From positions 1 through 54,279 of the forward strand of contig JBFMGU010000038.1 in the NCBI GenBank assembly GCA_040752415.1: a stretch of 54,279 bases of DNA. The letters are read 5' to 3'. This stretch comes from Myxococcota bacterium (lineage in GTDB: Bacteria; Myxococcota; JACRCW01). Both the position numbers and the translations under genes were made by a program. This document shows, piece by piece, positions 29,022-38,401 of this stretch. The first letter of the stretch is position 1, and the number at the start of each line of letters is the position of its first letter. A model generated the notes under the pieces. That model had not been told where the DNA came from. It was given only the letters and a program-made list of their open reading frames with translations, and did no database searches.

Positions 29022-30016
29022 GCGGCATTCCCGGCGCTGAGCAACTCGATGCGCTGGACCACTGTCGCCATCACCTCGGCGGTGCGATGACGGTTCTTTT
29101 CCTTCCCCAGGGAGCTCAGCATCTTGTGGACCTGGAACGCGCGCAGCGTCTCATGCAGCGGGGGTGGGGGTGGGAGTGTGACGTGGGAACCCACGTGGCG
29201 CTGGAATGCGTCGACCAATTGATCCAGGCGCCACCCGGTGAATCCATCACACAAATAAGCGAGGTCAAAGAGCGGGTTTCCCAGTGCGGCCAGTTCCCAG
29301 TCCACCGGGCAGATGCGCGGCGGTGACGACGACGTGGCGACGAGGATGTTGTCCGGCCGGAAGGAGCCATGGACCATGCACAGCGGTCCCGCGGTCATCA
29401 GGTCCAGCGTGCGGGAGCGGTTTTGCAGCGCACGCTCCAACCTGTCCGAGAGGGCGGGTGCGGCGTCGCGGACCACCATGAGAGCCCGTTCCGCAACGCC
29501 CTCGAAGTGGTGACGATCAAGGGGAGGGAGCACGTCGTGAGGAATGTGCGGCTCCCGGGCCAGCGTGGACTGCATGCGTCCAAGCCACGCCGCCGTCTCG
29601 TGCCACCGCGGGAAGGCCTGTCGTCGCAGCAGCTCCCCCTCGACAAGCTCCAGGAAGAGCCAGTACCGCCCGTGGACCTCATCCCAAGAGCACCCGTGGT
29701 ACCGCGCGGTGCCGAGCCCCAACCGGCCCAGGAGGTCGGCGTAGACCCGGCGCTCCCGCTGCCGACGCGCCGCGCGCGCATCCTTCACGAGGCGGCTGGT
29801 GCTGAAGTCCTTGACGAAGAGGCGCAGCTCCGTCCCGTTGCCAAACGTCACCGACGCCACGTGGGCTGCGTAGGACGCGGCAAAGCGGAAGGGCTCCACA
29901 CGGATGCCGGTGATGGCTCGGCCTTCCGAACATTCGCCCGCAATACGCGCAAGCTCATGGAGCAGCGCTTCCTGGGGGATGTTGGGGACTGGTTGAAATC
30001 CCGTTTCGCGCTCCAT
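29018..30016 (-). CDS. APH-like protein with degenerate catalytic motif
   Basis: LFVKD, LFLELVEG, MVHGSFRPDNIL, VDWELAALGNP.FDL; the stop overlaps the next start. Confidence 0.8.
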   Translation of the reverse strand: MERETGFQPVPNIPQEALLHELARIAGECSEGRAITGIRVEPFRFAASYAAHVASVTFGNGTELRLFVKDFSTSRLVKDARAARRQRERRVYADLLGRLGLGTARYHGCSWDEVHGRYWLFLELVEGELLRRQAFPRWHETAAWLGRMQSTLAREPHIPHDVLPPLDRHHFEGVAERALMVVRDAAPALSDRLERALQNRSRTLDLMTAGPLCMVHGSFRPDNILVATSSSPPRICPVDWELAALGNPLFDLAYLCDGFTGWRLDQLVDAFQRHVGSHVTLPPPPPLHETLRAFQVHKMLSSLGKEKNRHRTAEVMATVVQRIELLSAGNAA

Positions 30017-30181
30017 GAACGTTCCGCTCGTCGTGGTGCAGCCTGATGTATCTCCGACCTTGCGATCCCGCACCCACGGCGGTTGACGCCGGTTCTCGCG
30101 TTGATCCCTGAAAACCGTGCGCGCCCTTCGGCGGTGCCGCGCGCTGAACAGCACATTCTTCCAAGCCATCCCGGAGGGCCC

Positions 30182-31183
30182 ATGGGCAAGAATGTGCTGG
30201 TGACCGGCGGCGCCGGCTACATCGGCAGTCATGCGTGCAAGGCGCTGGCGCGCGCCGGTCATGTCCCGGTGACCTACGACAACCTGCTTCATGGGCACCG
30301 GGAAGCCGTGCGCTGGGGTCCATTCGTCCACGGTGACATCGCGGATCGGTCGACGCTGTCCCGGGCGTTCTCCTCCCATGAGATTGGCGCGGTGATGCAC
30401 TTTGCGGCGCTGGCCTACGTGGGCGAGTCCATGCGCAGCCCGCAGATGTATTTCCAGAACAACGTGGTGGGGACGCTCACGCTGCTGGAGACCATGCGGG
30501 AGCGCGGCGTGCACAACATCGTGTTCTCGTCCACGTGCGCGACCTACGGCGAGCCGGAAGTGGTGCCGATCACGGAAGAGGTGCTGCAGCGGCCGGTGAA
30601 CCCCTACGGGGAAAGCAAACGCACCGTGGAGCGGATGCTCTACTGGTATGACGTGGCGCATGATTTCCGCTACGCCGTGCTGCGCTATTTCAACGCGGCG
30701 GGTGCGGATCCCGACGGGGAAGCCGGTGAGCACCACGACCCGGAAACACACCTGATTCCGCTGGCGCTGGATGTTGCCCTGGGACGAAGGCCGCACGTGG
30801 ACGTCCTGGGCACCGACTATCCCACGGCGGACGGGACCGCGGTGCGCGACTACATCCACGTGCAGGACCTGGCGGACGCGCACGTGAAGGCGTTGTTGCT
30901 GTTGGAGAACGGCGCGTCGAGCATGGCGTTGAACCTGGGAGCCGGCCAAGGTCACTCCGTGCGCCAGGTCCTTTCCGTCGTGGAAAAGGTGACCGGTCGG
31001 CCGGTGATGCAGCGGGAAGCGCCGCGTCGGCCGGGTGACCCCGCGGTGCTGGTGGCGGACCCGGAACGCGCGCGCAAGGTCCTGCGCTGGGCGCCGCGGC
31101 TGTCCGGGATGGAAACCATCATCCAAACCGCGTGGCGCTGGCACTGCCGTGGCCTTGGCGCGAACAACCACCTCCGTCGCTGA
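30182..31183 (+). CDS. galE: UDP-glucose 4-epimerase
   Basis: VLVTGGAGYIGSH, HFAALAYVGES, FSSTCATYG, NPYGESK, LRYFNAAGA, RDYIHV. Confidence 0.95.
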   Translation: MGKNVLVTGGAGYIGSHACKALARAGHVPVTYDNLLHGHREAVRWGPFVHGDIADRSTLSRAFSSHEIGAVMHFAALAYVGESMRSPQMYFQNNVVGTLTLLETMRERGVHNIVFSSTCATYGEPEVVPITEEVLQRPVNPYGESKRTVERMLYWYDVAHDFRYAVLRYFNAAGADPDGEAGEHHDPETHLIPLALDVALGRRPHVDVLGTDYPTADGTAVRDYIHVQDLADAHVKALLLLENGASSMALNLGAGQGHSVRQVLSVVEKVTGRPVMQREAPRRPGDPAVLVADPERARKVLRWAPRLSGMETIIQTAWRWHCRGLGANNHLRR

Positions 31184-31195
31184 GGGACGCATTCC

Positions 31196-33610
31196 ATGTC
31201 CCACGTGATGTGGATGGGCTTGTGGAGCGTCCTGGCGACGGCCGCGCCCAGCGCCCCGGCCCCACCGCCCACCGCCTGGAGCGCACGCGCCGCCATCCCT
31301 CCGCGCATAGACGGGTTCGCCGACGACGTGGTGTGGGCCGTGGCTCCCATCCAGTGGCGCTTCTACCAACGCAAGCCACGCGCGGGAGCGCCCCCCTCGC
31401 AATACACCACGTTCCAGGTGGCGCATGACAACACCGCGCTCTACTTCCTGGTGCGCTGTCATGACAGGGATGCCAACGCCATTGTGGGGCGTCTGACCCG
31501 ACGTGACCGCACCCCGGAGAGCGACCGCGTGGAAATCGGTATCGATTCCCACCTGGACCGGCGCACCGGCTACCAATTCATCATCAATGCCGCGGGCGTG
31601 CAGGCGGATGAGCTGCGTTTTGATGACACCTCCGAAAGCAAGGAATGGGACGCGGTCTGGGAGTCGGAGGTGCAGCAGGATGCGCACGGCTGGACCGTGG
31701 AGGTGCGCATTCCGCTGGCGGAGCTCCGGTACTCTCCGTCGGCGGAAACGCTGATGGGACTGCAGGTGACGCGTCGCATCTCACGCACGCGGGAGACACT
31801 GCTGTGGGCGCCCGTTTCTCCGTCGGAGAATGCGTGGGTGAGCCGGTGGGGAGTCTTGCGCGGCCTGGAGCGTCTTCCCGCGCCCCAGAACGTGGTGTTG
31901 ACGCCGTACGTCAGTGCGGGGTTGAGCCTGGAGCAGGAGGAGGGTGAGGCGCCGGTGCAGGAAGCACGGCCGCGGATGGGAATGGATTTCAAGCACGGCA
32001 TCACCTCCAGGCTTACCCTCGACGCCACGGTGCTTCCCGACTTCGGGCAGGTGGAAGCGGATCCCGTCGTTGTCAACCTGGGTCAGTACGAGACCTCCCT
32101 TCCCGAGAAACGTCTCTTCTTCCTGGAGGGCCAGGAGCTGTTCACCCCGAGCAACGCACTGGGTTGGGACAGCGGCAACGAGGTGCGCCCGTTCTACTCA
32201 CGTCGCATTGGCGCCAAGCGGCCCATCCTGGGAGCGGCCAAGCTGACCGGACGCGTGGGAAAGCATGTGGGAATTGCATTCCTGGACGCGGTGACCTGGG
32301 ATGGTTTTGAAAGCGGTGACACCACGCGGATGAGCAACATGTCCGTGGAGCGCGTCACGGTGAGCTACGGGGATGTGACCCAGGGCGTGCTGCTCACGCA
32401 GGTGCTGCGAGCGGGACCGCTCAGCGAGGGCCCGCCCGCCGCGCAGGCGCTGGTGGCGTCGACGGACAGCGTGTTCCGTCCCGGCCACGGTGACTACGTG
32501 TTCTCCGCGCTGGGCACCGGAACGATGAAGCACGAGGACCCGGACACGCCGCCCACCAGCGCCGAGGACGCCTTCGGCCCGCGCTACAAACAGGGTGCGG
32601 GTGGAAAGTTCCGCGCGGTGAAGGAAGGCGGCGTGGTGATCGGCGGCGTGGAATACCAGCTGTATTCGCCCGACTTTGACGTCAAGGACCTGGGCTACCA
32701 GAAACGCGCCGACCTCCAGCACGTCATGGTGATGGGAGGATTGCGTCGGGATTCCGCGTTCGGGTTCCTCAACAGTGGCAGCGTGCGGCTCACGGCCTCC
32801 GCCGCCAGCACCTTTGACCTGCTGCCGCTGTACGCCAGCGTGGGCACCCAAGGGGCCATGGCGCTCGGGAACAAATGGGAGCTGGAGGGCGGCATCTCCT
32901 TGCGTCCGCCGTGGCGCGATGACCTGGAGACGGGGGACCGTCGGGTGGTCCTGGCCCGACCGATGACGTTCAGCAGCTACGGCTCCTTCACCAGCGACGC
33001 GAGCAAGCCGGTGGTGGTGGGCGGCGGGGGAACGCTGGGGCGAACGGACCACGGCATGGCCACCGACAGCTACCTCTGGGTGTCCCTCACGCCTGTCCCG
33101 CCGCTCGAGCTGGTGGCGGACATCTACGGCGGTCATCGCGACGGGGAGGTGAAGCTCGTCGAGGACACGGACACGAGCTACCTGTTCGCTCGTCGGCGGG
33201 CGGCGTACGGAGGCGGGTCGCTGAAGTCGACCGTGGCGGTGACGCGCGCGCTGAGTCTGCAGCTCTACGCGCAGGCGGTGGCGCTGGAGGGGGCCTATTC
33301 CCACCCGCGCTACGCGCCCAAGACCAAGCGGGTGCCCGGTTCACGTCCGGTGATTGTCCCCGCCGAGCTGCCGTCGGCCAGGGAGTCCGTGCTGGACGGC
33401 ACCGCCAATCAGGACGGGGTCCTGGTGCTGCAGACGGTGGTGCGGCACGAATTCCAGCCCGGCTCCGTGTTCTACCTGGTGTATTTCCATCGCAATCACC
33501 AGGACGGGATGCTGCGTGACGAGGACATGTCGCGGGTGCTGAGCGGCGTGGTGCCCGGCAGCGCGGAGGACCGACTGTTGTTGAAGCTGTCCTTCCGGCT
33601 GGCGCGCTAA
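31196..33610 (+). CDS. CBM9-like/DUF5916 outer-membrane protein
   Basis: PRIDG..DDVVW, DRVEIGIDS..YQFIINAAGVQAD..WDAVWES..WTVEVRIP, PDFGQVEAD..PEKRLFFLEG, beta-barrel-like C-terminus LLLKLSFR. Confidence 0.85.
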   Translation: MSHVMWMGLWSVLATAAPSAPAPPPTAWSARAAIPPRIDGFADDVVWAVAPIQWRFYQRKPRAGAPPSQYTTFQVAHDNTALYFLVRCHDRDANAIVGRLTRRDRTPESDRVEIGIDSHLDRRTGYQFIINAAGVQADELRFDDTSESKEWDAVWESEVQQDAHGWTVEVRIPLAELRYSPSAETLMGLQVTRRISRTRETLLWAPVSPSENAWVSRWGVLRGLERLPAPQNVVLTPYVSAGLSLEQEEGEAPVQEARPRMGMDFKHGITSRLTLDATVLPDFGQVEADPVVVNLGQYETSLPEKRLFFLEGQELFTPSNALGWDSGNEVRPFYSRRIGAKRPILGAAKLTGRVGKHVGIAFLDAVTWDGFESGDTTRMSNMSVERVTVSYGDVTQGVLLTQVLRAGPLSEGPPAAQALVASTDSVFRPGHGDYVFSALGTGTMKHEDPDTPPTSAEDAFGPRYKQGAGGKFRAVKEGGVVIGGVEYQLYSPDFDVKDLGYQKRADLQHVMVMGGLRRDSAFGFLNSGSVRLTASAASTFDLLPLYASVGTQGAMALGNKWELEGGISLRPPWRDDLETGDRRVVLARPMTFSSYGSFTSDASKPVVVGGGGTLGRTDHGMATDSYLWVSLTPVPPLELVADIYGGHRDGEVKLVEDTDTSYLFARRRAAYGGGSLKSTVAVTRALSLQLYAQAVALEGAYSHPRYAPKTKRVPGSRPVIVPAELPSARESVLDGTANQDGVLVLQTVVRHEFQPGSVFYLVYFHRNHQDGMLRDEDMSRVLSGVVPGSAEDRLLLKLSFRLAR

Positions 33611-33616
33611 GGAACC

Positions 33617-35383
33617 CTAAGACACCGAGCGCTGTGCGCCCGAGGTCCGGTCCGAGAACTCCACGATCCTTCCGTGCTCGAGACGCAGCCGGATGTCGCA
33701 GTGCTCGAGGGTGCCAAGGCGGTGGGCCACCATGAAGATGGTCTTGTCCACCATGAGCCGCTCCATGATGGCCATCATGGTGGCCTCGGTGGCGGGATCC
33801 ACGGCGCTGGTGGGCTCATCCAGGATCAGGATGGGAGCATTTTTCAGGAACGCGCGCGCCAGGGAGATCCGCTGACGCTCACCGCCAGAGAGGCGGATGC
33901 CTCGCTCCCCGACGACGGTCTGGTACCCCTCGGGGAGGCGTTGGATGAAGTCATGCGCGTGCGCCGCCGTGGCCGCGGCCACCACCTCGTCGTAGGTGGC
34001 GTTGGGACGCGCATAGGCAATGTTCTCGGCAATGCTGGTGGAGAAGAGCACGGGGTCCTGCAGCACGGTGGCAAACTGGTTGCGCAGGTCGGTGAGCCGG
34101 TAGTCGCGCAGGTCCACGCCGTCGAGGAGGACCTGGCCGCCGCGCGGGTCATGGAAACGCATCAGCAGACTGAGCACCGTGGTCTTGCCGCCGCCGGTGG
34201 TGCCCGCAATGCCCACGCGCGCTCCCGCGGGAACCTGGAAGGAGATGCCATGCAGGACCTCCCGCTCGTCGTAGCCGAAGCTCACATTGCGGAAGCTGAT
34301 GGCACCCGCGGCGCGCACCAGCGGCCGGGCATCGGGGCGCTCGGTGACGTCGGGGGTTTGATCCAGGAGCGAGAACGCGCGCTCCAGGCTGGCGAGATGG
34401 GATTGCAGCGACGCGGTGCGTCGACTGATGGCGCGGATGGGATCATAGAGCTGCGTGAGGTAGCCCATGATGAGCAGCAGCTCGCCCAGCGTCAGCGTGC
34501 CCGCGGTCACGTGCTGCACGCCAAGGTAGAGCACCACCGCGCTGCCCGTGGCGGTGAGCATTCCCACCGTCAATCCCAGGCGGCCTTCCAGCGCGGCCAG
34601 CTTCAAGCGCGCACGCAGTCCCGCGGAGGCGCGATGGCGGAACCGCTCCTCCTCCCGTTGCTCCTGTCCAAAGGCCTTCACCACGCGCAGCGCGCCAAGC
34701 ACCTCCTGCACCACCGAGGCCGCGCTGCTCTCGAGCCGTTTGGTCTCCCGGGAGTGCTGTCGCAGCCGTTCCCGCTCCAGCCGGGTGGCCAGGTAGATGG
34801 GCGGTGACACGGCCAACGCCACCAACGCCAGCTGCCAGTCGAGCCGCACGGTGACCCAGACCATGGCCACCAGTGTGACGGTGGAGGTGATGAAGGGGAT
34901 GATCCCGTCGACGGTGAGATGCTGGATGGCGGGCGCGTCGTGCTGGATGCGGTGCGTGGTGTCCGCGGTTCCCGTCTTGTCGTGGTAGCTCAGGGAAACA
35001 CGCTGAACGTGACGGAACAGCGTGGTGCGCAGGTCCAGGACCAGACGCTCCCCCACGTGATGACGCAACAACGTGACCAGGAGACCGTGGAGCTGGCCCA
35101 GCACGGCCACCAGGATCAGCAGGCCCACCGCCAGGATCAGCACGGCGTCACGCGAGGTGGCCAGCTCCTCCGGCAACCACGCGAGCAACGACCGCACCGC
35201 GTCGTCGTGGGTACCGGAGATGCCGTCCACCGCGATCTTGAGCGGCAGTGGCGTGAGCAGGGTCAGCGGCGTGGAGAGCAGCCCCAGCGCCAGGATGCCC
35301 GCGAGGTGGAACCCGTAGGGGCGGACCTGCGCCAGCACGCGGCGCCACCACGTTCCCGTGCTGTTCTCATGGGACGTGGTCAT
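33617..35383 (-). CDS. ABC exporter, fused permease/ATPase (MsbA/NdvA class)
   Basis: TM domain, GTTGGGKTT, LSGGERQRISLARA, ILDEPTSA, VAHRL. Confidence 0.93.
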   Translation of the reverse strand: MTTSHENSTGTWWRRVLAQVRPYGFHLAGILALGLLSTPLTLLTPLPLKIAVDGISGTHDDAVRSLLAWLPEELATSRDAVLILAVGLLILVAVLGQLHGLLVTLLRHHVGERLVLDLRTTLFRHVQRVSLSYHDKTGTADTTHRIQHDAPAIQHLTVDGIIPFITSTVTLVAMVWVTVRLDWQLALVALAVSPPIYLATRLERERLRQHSRETKRLESSAASVVQEVLGALRVVKAFGQEQREEERFRHRASAGLRARLKLAALEGRLGLTVGMLTATGSAVVLYLGVQHVTAGTLTLGELLLIMGYLTQLYDPIRAISRRTASLQSHLASLERAFSLLDQTPDVTERPDARPLVRAAGAISFRNVSFGYDEREVLHGISFQVPAGARVGIAGTTGGGKTTVLSLLMRFHDPRGGQVLLDGVDLRDYRLTDLRNQFATVLQDPVLFSTSIAENIAYARPNATYDEVVAAATAAHAHDFIQRLPEGYQTVVGERGIRLSGGERQRISLARAFLKNAPILILDEPTSAVDPATEATMMAIMERLMVDKTIFMVAHRLGTLEHCDIRLRLEHGRIVEFSDRTSGAQRSVS

Positions 35384-37920
35384 TCCGGGGAATCTTGGGT
35401 GGCGTCGTGGAGAGCGCGCATGGCCACCGCCACCTCCAGCACCGTGCGCACCGTGGGAACCAGCGCTGCCGCGCCCAGGACCACCGCCGCCACCAGCGCG
35501 TGACTCACGGCGGCCGCCACCAGGAATGCCAGCAGCGCGGTCACGAGCAGCACTCCGCACGTCGTCACCCGGGGCACCACGCGGAAACGCGCCAGCTGAC
35601 GACCCGCGCCGTGCTCCTCCAGCATCATGATGAGGCGTGCGCCGCCCAGGATCCCGCCCCGCACCTCGAGGTCCCACGCGTCGTAGTCGCCACCGCGCCA
35701 CGCCACGGCGCCCGCTTTCCGCAGTCGCGCCTCGAGGGCGCCGAGCCAGGCCTCCGGCGCGCGCCAGGTCTCGCTCCACACCGTCGTGGTGCTGAGACGT
35801 GACGGCCAGGTGTTACGCCAGCCCCGGCGACGCCACGGCGTGAGGCCAAAGCGGATCCGACCCCGCAGCCGCGCAATGGGTTGCAGCAGGTGCAGCGCCG
35901 CGGTGATGGCATGCAGCCGGAAGCGTTGTTGCCAGGAATGCACTTCGCTGGTGAAGGATGCGCGCGCGCTGCTGACCACGGCCTGTCCCAGCGGCGCGGC
36001 CACGGCGAGTCCCAGCACCAACAACGTGAAGAGGAGGGGTGGCCACACCAATCCCAGCGCGGAGACACCGGACAGTCCCGCCACCATCAGCCACCATTCC
36101 GGCATGAGCGGCAAGGAGCTCAAGAGGCCCGGCGCGGGTTGGTAGATGGATTGGAAGAGCGCCACGCCCCACGTGCCCTGGTAGACGCGTCCGCCCCCGA
36201 GCTGCAGCGCGGCGGTGAGGCCCTTGCCATAGAGGCGGCCGGCCCAGCTGAGGTGCCCGGCGGCGTTGTAGCGCTCCGGCCATTTCTCCTCGAGAAGCGC
36301 CTCGGCCTTTCCGTATCCCTGTTGCTGCGTCCAGTACGCGCGCAGGGAATTGCGTCGCTTGTGCCAGACCATGGCGGCGGCATGGAAGCCCAGCGTCCAA
36401 CCGCGCTCCTGCAGTCGCCAGCAGATGTCCACGTCGTCGCCGGCGGCGCGGTAGCGCGGGTCAAAGCCGCCCACCGCCAGCAGCGCGTCCCGACGGAAGG
36501 CCATGTTGCACCCGGGGATGTGCTCGGCCAGCTCGTCGGTGAGGAGGACGTGCACCGGGCCGCCCGGCGCATTGGCCACGCAATCCGCAATGGGCCCGTC
36601 TCCCGGCGGCGCGATGTTGGGCCCCCCCACACCCACGTGGGAGGTCTTCTGGAACGTGGCGGCCAGGTACATGAGCCAGTGCGGATCCGGCCGCGCGTCG
36701 TCGTCGGTGTACGCGACGATCTCCCCGGTGGCCGCCTCCAGCCCGGTATTCCGCGCGTTGCTCAGCCCACGGTTCTCGGTGCGGATGAGGCGCACGTTGA
36801 ATCCGCTGGCAATCGCGGCGGTGTCGTCGGTGGAGCCGTCGTCGACGACGATCACCTCGTAGTCCGGGTACTGGAGCTGGGCCAGACCTTCCAGGCAATT
36901 GCGGATGGTGCGCCCGCCGTTGAAGCTGCACACCACCACCGAGACGCGTGGCCAGCGGTGCTCGGGCGGAAACGGGACCGCGGCGTAGGCGCGTCGCACC
37001 GCGGACAGCGCCGGCTTGGGACGACGGGAACGCGTGGTGAGACCAAAGTCCCAGTCCTCGATGTCGAGACCGCCGCGGTGCCACTCGTCGGTCCAGGAGA
37101 ACACGAACGCGCCCGCGCCGCCTCCGCTGAAGATGGTGCGCAGCTGCCAGTCCAGCGTGGTGGCCTGCTTGTCCTCGCCGTTGCGGCGACTGTCGAGGCC
37201 CACCTCCGCGAAGAGCAGGGGACGGTCGCCGGCGAGGTTGTGCAGGCGCGCCAGGTAGCGTTCCAGCCTGGCGCGGGATTCCAGGTAGACGTTGAAGGCC
37301 TGGAAGTCGGCGAAGTCCAGGCGCAGGTACTCCGTGGACGGGTAGTTCACATACGTCACCAGTGCGCCGGGATCCTCCTCCTTCACGGCGTGATGCAACC
37401 GCTCCAGGAACCGCTCCACGCGTCGCGCGCCGTGCCAGCGCACCACCGACGTGGGGATCTCATTGCCCACCGCGTAGCAGAGGATGGCGGGGTGACCGGC
37501 GCAGGCGCGCGCTGCTTCCCGCACCCGCTGCTGGATGGAGCGGGCCCGCTCCCGGTCCTCCAGGAACGCCACGTGTTGCTCCCACGGCAGGCCCACCATG
37601 ACGCGGAGGCGGTGGCGGTGCGCGGTGTCCAGGAACCAGCGCGGCGGGACGGTGTAGACGCGCACCGCGTTGATTCCGTGCGCGCCCATGGCGGCAAAGT
37701 CGGTCTCCGTGGTGGCCGGGTCGTACTCGCTTCCGTCGTCACGCGGGCGGAAGGTCCCGTAGGTCACACCGCGGACGAAGAGCTTCTCGTTCCCCGCGTA
37801 CAGGAACTTCCCCGCCACCCGCGGACGGATGAGCTCCCCGCCGTGCGGAGATGACGACGTGGATCCACTGGTTTCGCCTTCGGACAGCAGGGCCCGTTCA
37901 ATCAGCTGCTCGGTATCCAC
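35380..37920 (-). CDS. Clan GH-A (GH2-like TIM barrel) + GT2 glycosyltransferase fusion with C-terminal TM segments
   Basis: GVTYG..GINAVRVY, YAVGNE, LFAEVG, FSWTDEW; then VSVVVCSFN..VDDGSTD..GLSNARN..YTDDD..GCNMAF..GDDVDICWRL..QQQGY. Confidence 0.88.
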   Translation of the reverse strand: MDTEQLIERALLSEGETSGSTSSSPHGGELIRPRVAGKFLYAGNEKLFVRGVTYGTFRPRDDGSEYDPATTETDFAAMGAHGINAVRVYTVPPRWFLDTAHRHRLRVMVGLPWEQHVAFLEDRERARSIQQRVREAARACAGHPAILCYAVGNEIPTSVVRWHGARRVERFLERLHHAVKEEDPGALVTYVNYPSTEYLRLDFADFQAFNVYLESRARLERYLARLHNLAGDRPLLFAEVGLDSRRNGEDKQATTLDWQLRTIFSGGGAGAFVFSWTDEWHRGGLDIEDWDFGLTTRSRRPKPALSAVRRAYAAVPFPPEHRWPRVSVVVCSFNGGRTIRNCLEGLAQLQYPDYEVIVVDDGSTDDTAAIASGFNVRLIRTENRGLSNARNTGLEAATGEIVAYTDDDARPDPHWLMYLAATFQKTSHVGVGGPNIAPPGDGPIADCVANAPGGPVHVLLTDELAEHIPGCNMAFRRDALLAVGGFDPRYRAAGDDVDICWRLQERGWTLGFHAAAMVWHKRRNSLRAYWTQQQGYGKAEALLEEKWPERYNAAGHLSWAGRLYGKGLTAALQLGGGRVYQGTWGVALFQSIYQPAPGLLSSLPLMPEWWLMVAGLSGVSALGLVWPPLLFTLLVLGLAVAAPLGQAVVSSARASFTSEVHSWQQRFRLHAITAALHLLQPIARLRGRIRFGLTPWRRRGWRNTWPSRLSTTTVWSETWRAPEAWLGALEARLRKAGAVAWRGGDYDAWDLEVRGGILGGARLIMMLEEHGAGRQLARFRVVPRVTTCGVLLVTALLAFLVAAAVSHALVAAVVLGAAALVPTVRTVLEVAVAMRALHDATQDSPE

Positions 37921-38401
37921 GCAATTCCCCCGTCACGGGTGGCGTGGTTGCCAGGCCCGCAGTCCGGGGTGCTGCGGGGTGGAGCGCCACGCGCCGACGA
38001 CACGAAGCGCGGCGTCGTCGGAAAACGGCCCACGGGGAGCCGTCAGGGTCGGTCTGGTTTTGGCAAGGGCGAGCGGCTTGAGGAGCTGCCGTGGCTCATC
38101 CGGTGTGCACCGGGTTGTCCGGCAGACGTGTTCCCTGTTTCCGTCGCCACGCAGGTATAACAACGGGTAGGTGACCACCGCAGCCGCGCGCACACCACCG
38201 CGTCCACCTCGTCACGCGTGACGGGTCAAGGCACCGGGGACCGGGCAACGTCCGCGTCGCCGGGACGGCTTCCGCTCACCCGCTTCCAGACGCGCTCGGC
38301 GCCGCCGCATTTCCAGGTGCCGCTCGGCGGCCGGCGCTACCGACGGGTGGCCGGATGCGGATCATTGTGGGAAACACCCGCTTCTCGTCGGGGAGGCAAG
38401 G

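Noticed and set aside
27996..30016. Aminoglycoside resistance genes
   Set aside because: Only fold-level APH motifs; the context points to glycan modification.
30017..31687. Apparent 889-aa kinase fusion (ORF 29018-31687)
   Set aside because: The N-terminal part is antisense to galE; the likely start is ATG 30016.
38150..38400. TATAAC motif pointing into a gene-free region (possible sRNA promoter)
   Set aside because: No -35 element at a suitable spacing and no clear terminator.
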